This document shows positions 40,532-49,734 of a stretch of DNA of 64,000 bases, one piece after another. Origin of the DNA: Candidatus Marinacidobacterales bacterium (GTDB taxonomy: Bacteria > Acidobacteriota > Vicinamibacteria > Marinacidobacterales > SMYC01); the NCBI GenBank assembly GCA_965224085.1, contig CBDCYI010000004.1, forward strand, positions 1,890,234 through 1,954,233. Reading direction: 5' to 3'. The notes under the pieces were generated by a model, which saw only the letters and a list, made by a program, of their open reading frames with translations, did no database searches and was not told the origin of the DNA. Position 1 is the first letter of the stretch. Every line of letters begins with the position of its first letter. The translations under genes were made by a program, and so were the position numbers.

Positions 40532-41589
40532 ACCTCCTCGACGTAGCCTAACAGTTCGGCTTCCACGCGTTCGGGACGGAACCGCTCGCTGCGCGTGCGC
40601 TCGGATTGGATCACCGCTTCTCTCAAGCTCTCATCGAACGTTAGTAAATGGGCCATCTCGGCCAACTCCTCGTATGCCTTTTCGTTGAATTGAATGCCTG
40701 CACCGCCCAGCGTGTCGGGCACCGCGCCCGCGGAGAACGCCATGATCGGAAGCTCCGTTACCATGGACTCTATGAGCGGGACGCAAAAACCCTCATGCTC
40801 GCTCATACTGACGAACACATCGGAGCAACGATAGCAGGCGAGCAAGTCTTCGAAGCTCACATGCCCGGTAAAAAGAAACTCACTCGGCCGCAGGCCCCAC
40901 CTATCCGCGAGCGCCTGGACCGATTGTTGATAGCGCTCCATCCTGCCGGCTTTACCCACCAAAATGAAGCGAAAGTCTTCGGAGATATATTTCTTGTAGA
41001 AGAACGCGAGCCGCGCGAGATCCTCGAAGCGCTTGTTCGGATAGACGCGCCCCACGAAGAGGAAGTTCGCGCGCCCGTCGCTCAAGATCTCCTCCATCAC
41101 TGGCACGGGCCCGGGCTCATCGTTTTGAAACGGCTCGAAGTCCATCAAAATAGGGAGAACACCCGTGCGCTCAAAGCCCAGCTCTTCGAGCTCGAGACGG
41201 TTGAACTCGGAATCCCCTAGCGCCAAATCGCAAACATCCGCCAAGGTCGCGAGCTCGACCGTGGCCGCAGTCGAGATGCGGACGAGCTCGTCGTCATAGC
41301 CGCGGAAAAACTCCGGCGGCGTGATGTTGTGGTAGATGACGACTTTCTTACCCGGCGCCTCCGCCAAAGCTGCGGTGAGCGCGGAGGGGAGCGCAAAGTG
41401 GAGCGCGGTCACGTCGCTGTCCGGTCTTTCGGAGAACGGGTGGACCTCGCCTTCCGCGTCCTCGTCGATGTCGAGGGCATAGACATCCGATGTCATCCCA
41501 GAACGCCTCAAGACGTCGCGAATGCGGATGGCCTCGTCGCCAATCGCGTCGCCGCGGTGTGCCGCCGGAAGCCATTGATCGATGCGCAC
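40522..41589 (-). CDS. GT4 glycosyltransferase (type B)
   Basis: GDAIGDEA, YHNITP, FVGRVYPNK, SEHEGFCVPLIESM. Confidence 0.92.
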   Translation of the reverse strand: MRIDQWLPAAHRGDAIGDEAIRIRDVLRRSGMTSDVYALDIDEDAEGEVHPFSERPDSDVTALHFALPSALTAALAEAPGKKVVIYHNITPPEFFRGYDDELVRISTAATVELATLADVCDLALGDSEFNRLELEELGFERTGVLPILMDFEPFQNDEPGPVPVMEEILSDGRANFLFVGRVYPNKRFEDLARLAFFYKKYISEDFRFILVGKAGRMERYQQSVQALADRWGLRPSEFLFTGHVSFEDLLACYRCSDVFVSMSEHEGFCVPLIESMVTELPIMAFSAGAVPDTLGGAGIQFNEKAYEELAEMAHLLTFDESLREAVIQSERTRSERFRPERVEAELLGYVEEVCS

Positions 41590-41591
41590 CT

Positions 41592-42674
41592 TCAGCCGCC
41601 CACTTTCTCCGTCGAGAGCGCTTGGTTCACGAATCCCATCAAGAGCTCGTGGTCGCTACGCGCGCTCATGCGCTCGAGCACCCGGTCCTGGCCGAGAACG
41701 ATCGCCCGAGAGAGTTTCTCATCGACCACGATGGCATGCGCCATCAACGCAATCTCGTCGATACGCTTTTCTCGAATCAAAATGCCGGCATTGCCCATCG
41801 TCTCCGGGACGGCGCCCGCATCGGCCGCCATCACCGGCACGCCGAAGCGAAAGGCTTCGACGATCGGCACACAGTAGCCTTCATGCTCGCTCAGGCAAAG
41901 AAAAAGATCCGCGACTTCGTAATAGGCCGTCAGATCGTCGTCTTCCACATGGCCTGTAAACACGACGTCTTTCAGCTCCATGTCGTCCACGAGCCGCATC
42001 AGCGCTTCGAAATATTTCTCGAAGCCAAACCATTCGCCGACGAGCAAGAGCCGCGAGTTCCGGTCGATGAATTTCTGGTAGAACGCAAATACTTTGATCA
42101 AATCGTGGAAGCACTTGTTCGGGATCACGCGGCCGACGAAAAGAAAATTGGTCTTGTCGTCGTCGAACATCTCGAGCACCGTGGGGCTCGGCGGATCCGA
42201 GAGCCGGTCTGGATCGAGCAGGAGCGGTAAGACGCCCGTCGGGTGAAAGCCCACGGCTTCGAGCTCTGCGCAGTTGAACTTCGAGTCGCCCAGCGCAAGC
42301 CGCGTGCGTGGGACGAACGCCGCGAGCTCACGCCGTCCGTGATAGCAGAGCCCGGCCAAGTGCTGATGGAAGGAGGCAAACCAGCGCGCCGGCGTGATGT
42401 TGTGATAGATGAGTAAAATCGGGTCCGGCAGGTGATAGGCAAACGTGCTGACACCGGCGCCGATCGAAAAGTGCAGGATCAGAAGGCTGTCTGGTGACGA
42501 GACCTTCTCATAGTGCCAGAGCTTTCTCGCCTTTCCCGCCATCTCTGGATGGACGGATTCGGCAAAAATTTCGGAGTCCAAGCCCGCGTCGAGCAAGACC
42601 TGCTGGATCCGCAAAGCTTCATTGCCGATGGCGTCTCCGTAGGAGAGCGCCGCGAGCATCTGATGAACCTGCAT
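41592..42674 (-). CDS. GT4 glycosyltransferase (type B)
   Basis: GDAIGNEA, YHNITP, FVGRVIPNK, SEHEGYCVPIVEA. Confidence 0.92.
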   Translation of the reverse strand: MQVHQMLAALSYGDAIGNEALRIQQVLLDAGLDSEIFAESVHPEMAGKARKLWHYEKVSSPDSLLILHFSIGAGVSTFAYHLPDPILLIYHNITPARWFASFHQHLAGLCYHGRRELAAFVPRTRLALGDSKFNCAELEAVGFHPTGVLPLLLDPDRLSDPPSPTVLEMFDDDKTNFLFVGRVIPNKCFHDLIKVFAFYQKFIDRNSRLLLVGEWFGFEKYFEALMRLVDDMELKDVVFTGHVEDDDLTAYYEVADLFLCLSEHEGYCVPIVEAFRFGVPVMAADAGAVPETMGNAGILIREKRIDEIALMAHAIVVDEKLSRAIVLGQDRVLERMSARSDHELLMGFVNQALSTEKVGG

Positions 42675-42683
42675 CGCTTTGTG

Positions 42684-44048
42684 CTACCCGAACATCCTAG
42701 CGAACAAGCCTCGGCGTGGGGCTCGCGGATTCCTATGATCGTTTTGGCGCAGCGAGGCGAGAATCTTGTTGTACTTGCCTTCGACGACCTGCCAGCGATA
42801 GTGATCGCGGTAATAGGCACGGCCGTTTTCTCCGAGCCCCGCCCGCAGGTCCCGATCGGATTCGAGCCGTAGGAGCGCTTCTCGAAACTCGTAATAGTCG
42901 TCGAAATAAAGGCCGGCATTCGATCGACGGCACTGCCCTCTCAAAACGTCACACTTTCCGTTCGCGAGCACGGGCTTGCCCACTGCCCAGGCCTCGTTGG
43001 TCACCATCGACAAGCTCTCGAGCTCCGACGGCATCGCGAGCATTAGAGCGCCCGCGAGAGCGCTCCATTTCTCTTCTTCCGACAAAAACCCAGCATAAAC
43101 AATGCCGGGTGTGTCCGGTATCTCCATCTTCTTTCCGCCGACGAGCACGAGCGAGAGGTTCGAACCGGTGTCTTCGCGGTAGCGACGGTAGTGGTTGAAC
43201 AACGTACGGCAGCCTTTGTTCTGATCGATTCGCCCGATATAAATCATGTAGGGCGTAAGGTCTCGGTAGCGCTCGCGAAACAGACCGGCGTCGATTGAGG
43301 TCGGGATTTCGGAGCCGACGCCCACGACATCACCGTAGACGCCGCGGTTTTCCGTAGCCTTCCAAATCATCGCGCGCTCCTCGACCGAGTTGTAGACGAT
43401 GGCGCGCGGTAGCTGAAAGAGCTGTTTGAAGATCCGCAGGTCGATGACGTCGTCTTTCTCGGCTGTGGGCACGAGGATCGCTTTGTCCGCGTGCGCCCGC
43501 ACTCCGTAAAAGCTGTGGTAGTAGCGATAGGAGAAAAAGATGATGTAGTCGTACGCGTCTTGTCGGCGCTTCAGGTATCGTAGCAGCGCAGGCGAGGTCG
43601 GTCCTTGCTCGTCGAGCCAGTCGAGCTCGTCCTGATCCACATGGCGGCCCAGAAAGACTTTCTGCGACAAGAGCCCGAAGCGATCCGGGTCGCGCGGCCT
43701 CTTCACCTTGAACCGCCTCACCGCGATGCCGTTGACGTCGTGAAGGCCGGGCGGATGCTCGTTCTTCCAGCTGATGTAGTCCTTGGCGCAGGAAGTCAGG
43801 ACTTCGACACGGTGCTGACTCGCCAGGTGCTCCGCGATAAGCCGACAGTGATATTCCGCGCCGCCATTGACGTCTTCGCCGTAGCGTTGCACGACAAAGG
43901 CGAGCCGAAGCGATTCCGGCGCAGGGTCGTTGCGCGGAGCGGTTCGGCTTCGCGAGCGGCGGTTCGCTGCCCCGGACTCTCTAGAGCCTCCCGGCGCCGT
44001 GTTAGCGCGAGCCTCCGCCGCCACCGCCGCCGCCTTCTTTCGTACCAT
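42684..44048 (-). CDS. GT4 glycosyltransferase (type A); start uncertain (44048 ATG or 44024 GTG)
   Basis: AFVVQRYG..GGAE, YIGRIDQNK, ESLSMVTNEA. Confidence 0.88.
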   Translation of the reverse strand: MVRKKAAAVAAEARANTAPGGSRESGAANRRSRSRTAPRNDPAPESLRLAFVVQRYGEDVNGGAEYHCRLIAEHLASQHRVEVLTSCAKDYISWKNEHPPGLHDVNGIAVRRFKVKRPRDPDRFGLLSQKVFLGRHVDQDELDWLDEQGPTSPALLRYLKRRQDAYDYIIFFSYRYYHSFYGVRAHADKAILVPTAEKDDVIDLRIFKQLFQLPRAIVYNSVEERAMIWKATENRGVYGDVVGVGSEIPTSIDAGLFRERYRDLTPYMIYIGRIDQNKGCRTLFNHYRRYREDTGSNLSLVLVGGKKMEIPDTPGIVYAGFLSEEEKWSALAGALMLAMPSELESLSMVTNEAWAVGKPVLANGKCDVLRGQCRRSNAGLYFDDYYEFREALLRLESDRDLRAGLGENGRAYYRDHYRWQVVEGKYNKILASLRQNDHRNPRAPRRGLFARMFG

Positions 44049-44715
44049 CTTCGCCGCCCGCACGGCCACTGTTGGGCCGTCCGCCGCGACGACGGCGATA
44101 AGGCCGCCGCCCGGTACCTCCACGGCCACGGCGACGTCCGTCGTTCGAAACCGACTCCCGCGATTCGCGGGACGCCCGCGGTTCTCGCGACTCTCTCTTG
44201 GCGCCCGCCATCTGCTCGAACGTCTTCTCACGCTTCGTCTGAAAGTCGACGCGCACGCCAAGCGTCCGTAGCCGCGCTTTGAGGTTGGTGAGCTCGAGGT
44301 TCAGACGAGTGACTTCCGTCGTCATGTTGTTGAGAAGCAGCACGTAGTAGCGGTTCAAGTCCGATTGACGCGACAGCGCGCTGATTATCGGGTTCGGGTT
44401 GAAGAAAAGCTTCAAGAGCGGGTTCAGGAGAGAACGCAGCTTGCGGATGAGCCCACCCTTGCTTCCGGCCGAAGAATGGTAGATCGTCTCCGGAGTGAAC
44501 GAGTAGTTCCACTGCGCGTCGCGCGCGCGGAACGCGGAGACGAAATCGCTGTTGAACTCGTTACTGTCCAGGATCGCGTCGAGCCGCATTTCCGCGATCT
44601 CCTTGACTTCTTCCTCCGTGTAGAGTCCTTTCCGTTTCTCCTCGATCTTCTTCCGGATATTGGCCATGATGGCCTCTACATCAATGTCAGAGCCCTTCGC
44701 ACTGAAGGTAGACAT
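44002..44715 (-). CDS. Hypothetical coiled-coil protein with Arg/Gly-rich tail
   Basis: GGAGG RBS; IDVEAIMANIRKKIEEK; heptad segment VTRLNLELTNLKARLRTL. Confidence 0.75.
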   Translation of the reverse strand: MSTFSAKGSDIDVEAIMANIRKKIEEKRKGLYTEEEVKEIAEMRLDAILDSNEFNSDFVSAFRARDAQWNYSFTPETIYHSSAGSKGGLIRKLRSLLNPLLKLFFNPNPIISALSRQSDLNRYYVLLLNNMTTEVTRLNLELTNLKARLRTLGVRVDFQTKREKTFEQMAGAKRESREPRASRESRESVSNDGRRRGRGGTGRRPYRRRRGGRPNSGRAGGEDGTKEGGGGGGGGSR

Positions 44716-44808
44716 AGCCCTCCTTACCGCCGCCGCCTGACGTCTGTCTTCCCGTTCCCGTCAAGGGCGAGCGTGTCGTCGCTTGGGCGGTTCTTTGTTT
44801 TGGAGAGT

Positions 44809-45705
44809 CTAGCCCGACTGGTTTCTGTGGTAGATCAACGTGACTAACGTCGCCGCCCAAAGCGCCAGCGTCACGAGAATCGGCCTATCGTTGAGGAGCA
44901 CCTTCGTAGGGTCTCCTCCTTCTTCCTTTCGATGAACGAGATACAAATAGCGAAAAATCCCGTAAAGCACGAAAGGTAGGGTCCATATCAGTCGATCCGT
45001 ACCGAACTTTGCCACGGTCTCCGGCGCCGAGGTATACAAGGCGTAGGAGACCAGGGTAGAGGCCGTTACCACAGCTATCATTTGATCCAATAGATAGGGG
45101 CTGTACTCTCCCAGAATCCTCCGATGCACCGCCGCTCCACCCGCAAGGAGCGTGAGCTCCTGTCGCCGTTTGGCGAGAGCGAGAAAAAGAGCGCCCAGCA
45201 ACGTACAAATCAAAAGCCAGTTGCTGAAGGCTACGTCGATCGCCAGAGCTCCGGCGATCGCCCTCAGCACGAAACCAAAAGCTACGATGAGAACATCTAG
45301 TATAACGACATTCTTCAGAATAAAGGAATAAGCGGCCATCGTCACGAAGTAAATCGTGGCGACGACTCCGAATCCCAGCGCGAGCCAAAAAGAGGAGGCG
45401 AGCCCCCCTATGAGAAGAACGACCGCCGCACCGGCGGCGAAACGCGGGGACAGCTTCCCCGATGCCAGGGGACGGTTTCGCTTGACGGGGTGTTTTCGAT
45501 CCTGCCCGAGGTCTGCCAGGTCGTTGATCAGATAGATTGCGCCCGACAGCAGACAAAAAATAACGAACGCGCCACTCGCAACCAAAACCGACGGGCCGTC
45601 GAACAGACGCTCTGCGAAGACCAACGCAGCCAAGACGACGAGATTCTTCGTCCACTGGTGTGGGCGCAGGGAAAGGAACAGTTGCTCGAGACGGCTCACC
45701 ACCAC
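44809..45705 (-). CDS. UbiA-family decaprenyl-phosphate phosphoribosyltransferase-like protein
   Basis: RPHQWTKN, YLINDLAD..DRKHPVKRNRPLASG, KRRQEL, YGIFRY. Confidence 0.92.
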   Translation of the reverse strand: MVVSRLEQLFLSLRPHQWTKNLVVLAALVFAERLFDGPSVLVASGAFVIFCLLSGAIYLINDLADLGQDRKHPVKRNRPLASGKLSPRFAAGAAVVLLIGGLASSFWLALGFGVVATIYFVTMAAYSFILKNVVILDVLIVAFGFVLRAIAGALAIDVAFSNWLLICTLLGALFLALAKRRQELTLLAGGAAVHRRILGEYSPYLLDQMIAVVTASTLVSYALYTSAPETVAKFGTDRLIWTLPFVLYGIFRYLYLVHRKEEGGDPTKVLLNDRPILVTLALWAATLVTLIYHRNQSG

Positions 45706-45817
45706 TCCCCCTGCAGATTACGGGCCGGTGAGCCCGATAGCTGCAGGACGCCCGCTCGCGCGATAACTTCCTTACTTTTTCTCGATGTAAGGCTGTCCCT
45801 TGCAAACAAGCGCTTCG

Positions 45818-46157
45818 TTATTTGAAGCTCTTGACGGCCTCGGACTCCGTGTCATACGTGTCGAAGACCGTAAGAAGTTTCGTGATCGAGAGCAGATCGT
45901 GAATCCGCTTGGTGAGATGCAGAAGCTTGAGCTCTCCGTTCTTGCGGCTCACGGGTAGTGTAGCAGCGAACGATTTCACCCAAACCGGCACTGTCGACAT
46001 AGGGAACGTCTTCAAGATTCAGCGCGATTTTCTCGGTCCCGTTCTCGACAAGACTGTTGATCTTCTCGCGCAGCAGCTCGTCCCCCTCACCGATGAGCAT
46101 TTTGCCTTGCAAATCCAAGATGGTAACGCCCTCGACGGCTCTTTCCTCGATTTTCAT
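45818..46157 (-). pseudogene. STAS anti-sigma-factor antagonist with +1 frameshift (possibly a sequencing error)
   Basis: [11 protein letters not shown]; extra C at about 45954 (acc-c-gtg); its removal restores [14 protein letters not shown]...LLTVF. Confidence 0.85.
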
Positions 46158-46215
46158 TGCCAAGAATTCCTCCAAACTCCTGTTAGGGTCAAACGACCCG
46201 ATTTAGCCGTTCAGA

Positions 46216-46243
46216 ATTATCATACTCGGAGAGAACCTGTCAA
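46216..46243 (-). promoter_or_regulatory. Putative sigma70 promoter for the STAS gene
   Basis: Minus strand TTGACA-16 bp-GATAAT. Confidence 0.5.
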
Positions 46244-46288
46244 ACTTCCTGAGCCCGATGCATTTATCCTATGCTAGACTTCGTGACG

Positions 46289-47293
46289 ATGCCTGACCGG
46301 CCTGACCCGTTTCTAACCAGGCTTCAAGAGCGCGCCGCCTCCGAAAAGAAGCGGATTGCCTTGCCGGAATCCACCGAGCCGCGAACGCTCGAAGCGGCGG
46401 TAGCCATGAAATGGCGCGGGGTCGCCGAGCCCATCCTCATCGGCGGCGCCGACGCGATCGCTGGAGCGGCCCAAGCGGCGGGTGTCGCGCGCGCTCAGCT
46501 GGCCGGCATCGAGATACGATCTGCCAGCGATGCCCGCGCCGACGTTTACGCGGACGCGCTCTACCAAAGAGGCCGCCACAAAGGCATCTCTGAGGACGAA
46601 GCGCGACAAAAGGCACGTGAGCCTCTGTACTTCGCCGCGCTCATGGTGGGCGCCGGGGACGCCTCGGGCTACGTCGCAGGCGCCGAGAACAGCACGGCTA
46701 ACGTGCTGCGAGCGGCAATCCGCGTCTTCGGGACGAAGCCCGGTATAAGGCGGGTCTCGAGCTTCTTCCTCATGAGCTTCGCCGACGGCTCGAAGTATCT
46801 GTTCGCCGACTGCGCCGTGCTGCCGGACCCCACGGCCGACGAGCTCGTCGAGATCGCGCAGCTCGCGGCCGCCAATGCCCGTCTTTTCCTCGACACCGAG
46901 CCCCGCGTAGCGCTTCTCTCGTTCTCGACGAAAGGAAGCGCCGACCATCCGCGCGTGAGGAAGGTCGTTCGGGCCGCGGAAACGCTGCGGGTACGTTCAC
47001 CAGAGCTCGCCGCTGACGGGGAGCTTCAAGCCGATGCGGCGATCGTTGCCGAAGTAGGTGCTATGAAAGCCCCGGGAAGCGCTGTAGCCGGGCGAGCGAA
47101 TACGCTCATTTTCCCAGACCTGGATTCGGGGAACATCGCGTGCAAGCTCGTCGAGCGACTGGCGGGAGCTTCCGCCATCGGTCCGATTCTCCAAGGGTTA
47201 GCCGCGCCGGCGAATGACTTGTCGCGCGGCTGCAGTGCAGAGGATATCGTCAACGTCGCGGCCATCACCTCTCTCCAAGCAGGAGAGAGGTGA
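46289..47293 (+). CDS. pta: Phosphate acetyltransferase
   Basis: [46 protein letters not shown]. Confidence 0.93.
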   Translation: MPDRPDPFLTRLQERAASEKKRIALPESTEPRTLEAAVAMKWRGVAEPILIGGADAIAGAAQAAGVARAQLAGIEIRSASDARADVYADALYQRGRHKGISEDEARQKAREPLYFAALMVGAGDASGYVAGAENSTANVLRAAIRVFGTKPGIRRVSSFFLMSFADGSKYLFADCAVLPDPTADELVEIAQLAAANARLFLDTEPRVALLSFSTKGSADHPRVRKVVRAAETLRVRSPELAADGELQADAAIVAEVGAMKAPGSAVAGRANTLIFPDLDSGNIACKLVERLAGASAIGPILQGLAAPANDLSRGCSAEDIVNVAAITSLQAGER

Positions 47294-47306
47294 CCGTCGC
47301 TTGATT

Positions 47307-47507
47307 CTAGTCTGTGGTCTCGCGGCGCATCTTCTTGCGCTGCCGCTTCCGAGCGAGCGCTTGTTTCGCGCGCTTCTTGTCACCCGGCTTCATGTAGAAC
47401 GAGTGCTTCTTGATCTCTTTGATGATGTCCTCTTGCTGCACTTTTCGTTTGAAGCGCCGCAGAGCACTTTCGATCGACTCGTTATCGTTGACTCTAATCT
47501 CGGCCAA
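47307..47507 (-). CDS. rpsU: 30S ribosomal protein S21
   Basis: ESIESALRRFKRKV...YMKPG; TTG start after a GGAGG RBS. Confidence 0.95.
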   Translation of the reverse strand: MAEIRVNDNESIESALRRFKRKVQQEDIIKEIKKHSFYMKPGDKKRAKQALARKRQRKKMRRETTD

Positions 47508-47670
47508 GTTTGGAGCACCTCCCTTCCTTCCAAGGAACATCGAGCCGGCACGCCGACCACCGAGACAACTTCCCCGCTACTAGAGACAAATAAGAAAAGG
47601 CTCTGAGGAGGAGATTGGACGCCGGCTGATCGCGATGGTGCGGTTTTCGAAGCCCGCTCGACTCGAAATT

Positions 47671-47760
47671 ACTATAAGTAACCAGGTTACAGCTTGTCAA
47701 CTGGACTTCTCGGTTCTGTACGCCATATTGTTGACACTTCCAGAAGCTCCATGGGATAAT
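47671..47760. promoter_or_regulatory. Divergent sigma70 promoters for rpsU and purDE
   Basis: Minus TTGACA-18-TATAGT (47671-47700) with palindrome GTAACC-A-GGTTAC; plus TTGACA-18-GATAAT (47731-47760) with extended -10 TG. Confidence 0.7.
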
Positions 47761-47816
47761 CAGCTAAAATATAGACTGTGTAAACTACTGTTATTATTAC
47801 GCTTAAAGGATATTAA

Positions 47817-49112
47817 GTGAGAGTGCTCATCGTCGGAGGTGGCGGACGGGAACACGCGCTCGCCTGGAAGCTGAAACAGAGCCCCGAGGTCACGGAGCTT
47901 TTTTGCGCTCCAGGAAACGCGGGTATCAAGAATCTCGCCGACTGCATCGATATCGACCCCTCCGACATCGTGGAGCTCGCCGATTTCGCCGAGAACCTCT
48001 CGATCGGGCTAACGGTTGTTGGCCCGGAGCTGCCGCTCATCCTCGGGCTCGCGGATGAGTTTCAACGACGCGGCCTGCCCGTGTTCGGGCCCAATCGCGC
48101 CGCCGCCGAGCTCGAAGGCAGCAAAGCATTCGCCAAAGATTTTCTCAAGCGCGGAAACATCCCGACGGCCCGTTATCACGTCGTGAACACGATGGACGAG
48201 GCCACTGCCGTCATCGAGAGTGGTGAAATCGGCATGCCTCTCGTCGTGAAGGCGGATGGGCTCGCTGGCGGCAAAGGTGTTTCCATCGCCACGAGCCGCG
48301 AGGAGGCCCTCCAACAAGTAGCGACCCTCGTGGACGACCGCAAGCTGGGAAGCGCGGGCACGCGGCTCGTGCTCGAAGAGTTTCTCGAAGGCGACGAAGT
48401 GTCGTTCTTCGCGCTCTCGGACGGACACAACGTGCTCCCGCTCGTCGCTGCGCAAGATCACAAGCGCGCCTATGACGGCGACGAAGGACCGAACACGGGC
48501 GGCATGGGTTGTATCTGCCCCGCGACCAATATGAAGGCGGAGACCCTCAAGCACATCGTCAAGGACATCGTGAACCCGACGATCAAGGGCCTTGCTAACG
48601 AAGGCCGCAAGTATCAAGGCATCCTCTATTGCGGGCTGATGCTGACCGCGCACGGCCCGAAAGTGCTCGAGTTCAACGTGCGCTTCGGCGATCCGGAAGC
48701 GCAGGCGATCTTGCCTCGCCTGAAAGACGACCTCTTGCCGCTTCTTCTCGAGGTGGCGGAAGGCGGGCTCGGACAGCATCGGCCCGAATGGACGCGCGAG
48801 CCCGCAGTCAGCGTCGTGCTCGCTTCGGGCGGCTATCCCGGTAAGTACGAGACCGGCAAAGCCATCCATGGCCTCGAAGACGGCAAGGTCGAGCTCGACG
48901 AAGGGATCTGCGTTTTTCACGCGGGCACAAAAGAAGAAGACGGTAAGCTCGTCACCGGCGGCGGGCGCGTGCTCGCGGTGACCGCGCTCGGCAAAAACCT
49001 CAAAACCGCGATCGGTCGTTCTTACGAAAGTGTGGCCCGCATCCAGTTCGAAGGCCAACATTTCCGAAAGGACATCGGACAAAAGGCGCTAACGCGCATC
49101 GCCGAAGGTTAG
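47817..49112 (+). CDS. purD: Phosphoribosylamine-glycine ligase
   Basis: [45 protein letters not shown]. Confidence 0.97.
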   Translation: MRVLIVGGGGREHALAWKLKQSPEVTELFCAPGNAGIKNLADCIDIDPSDIVELADFAENLSIGLTVVGPELPLILGLADEFQRRGLPVFGPNRAAAELEGSKAFAKDFLKRGNIPTARYHVVNTMDEATAVIESGEIGMPLVVKADGLAGGKGVSIATSREEALQQVATLVDDRKLGSAGTRLVLEEFLEGDEVSFFALSDGHNVLPLVAAQDHKRAYDGDEGPNTGGMGCICPATNMKAETLKHIVKDIVNPTIKGLANEGRKYQGILYCGLMLTAHGPKVLEFNVRFGDPEAQAILPRLKDDLLPLLLEVAEGGLGQHRPEWTREPAVSVVLASGGYPGKYETGKAIHGLEDGKVELDEGICVFHAGTKEEDGKLVTGGGRVLAVTALGKNLKTAIGRSYESVARIQFEGQHFRKDIGQKALTRIAEG

Positions 49113-49114
49113 AA

Positions 49115-49612
49115 ATGTCTGGTCCAAAAGTCATCATCGTCATGGGGAGCCTCTCCGACAAGGACGTCATGGTTGAGGCGGCGACGGTTCTGCGCGAACT
49201 CGACATCCCTTACGAGATGGGCGTCTACTCGGCCCATCGCACGCCGGCGCGATCGGCGAAGCTGGCCTCAGAAGCAGCCGGGCGCGGGGTCAAAGTCCTG
49301 ATCGCAGGCGCGGGCGCGGCGGCGCACCTCGCGGGCGCTTTCGCCGCGCACTCGACGCTTCCCGTGATTGGTGTTCCGCTTTCGGCGACCTCCCTTGGCG
49401 GCATGGACGCGCTTCTCGCTACGGTGCAAATGCCCGCAGGCTTTCCCGTCGCGACTGTCGCCATTGGGAAAGCGGGCGCGCGCAACGCGGCGCATCTCGC
49501 GGCGCAAATTCTCGCGACGTCGGACGAGGCGGTCGCCGTAAAGATCCGTGCCTTCCGCGCTCAAAAAGCGAAGGAAGTCGAAGAAGCCTCCGAGTCGCTC
49601 GAAAACCTCTAG
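49115..49612 (+). CDS. purE: N5-CAIR mutase
   Basis: [38 protein letters not shown]. Confidence 0.97.
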   Translation: MSGPKVIIVMGSLSDKDVMVEAATVLRELDIPYEMGVYSAHRTPARSAKLASEAAGRGVKVLIAGAGAAAHLAGAFAAHSTLPVIGVPLSATSLGGMDALLATVQMPAGFPVATVAIGKAGARNAAHLAAQILATSDEAVAVKIRAFRAQKAKEVEEASESLENL

Positions 49613-49734
49613 CTGTTTTTTTCTCGCCGTTGTAGTCCCAACGAATCGTCCCACAATCGTTTCATTATCAATCGCTTAGTAGCGCTAAACTACTTGTTTG
49701 CAATAATTACTCGTTGCATATATCGTTTCACTAG

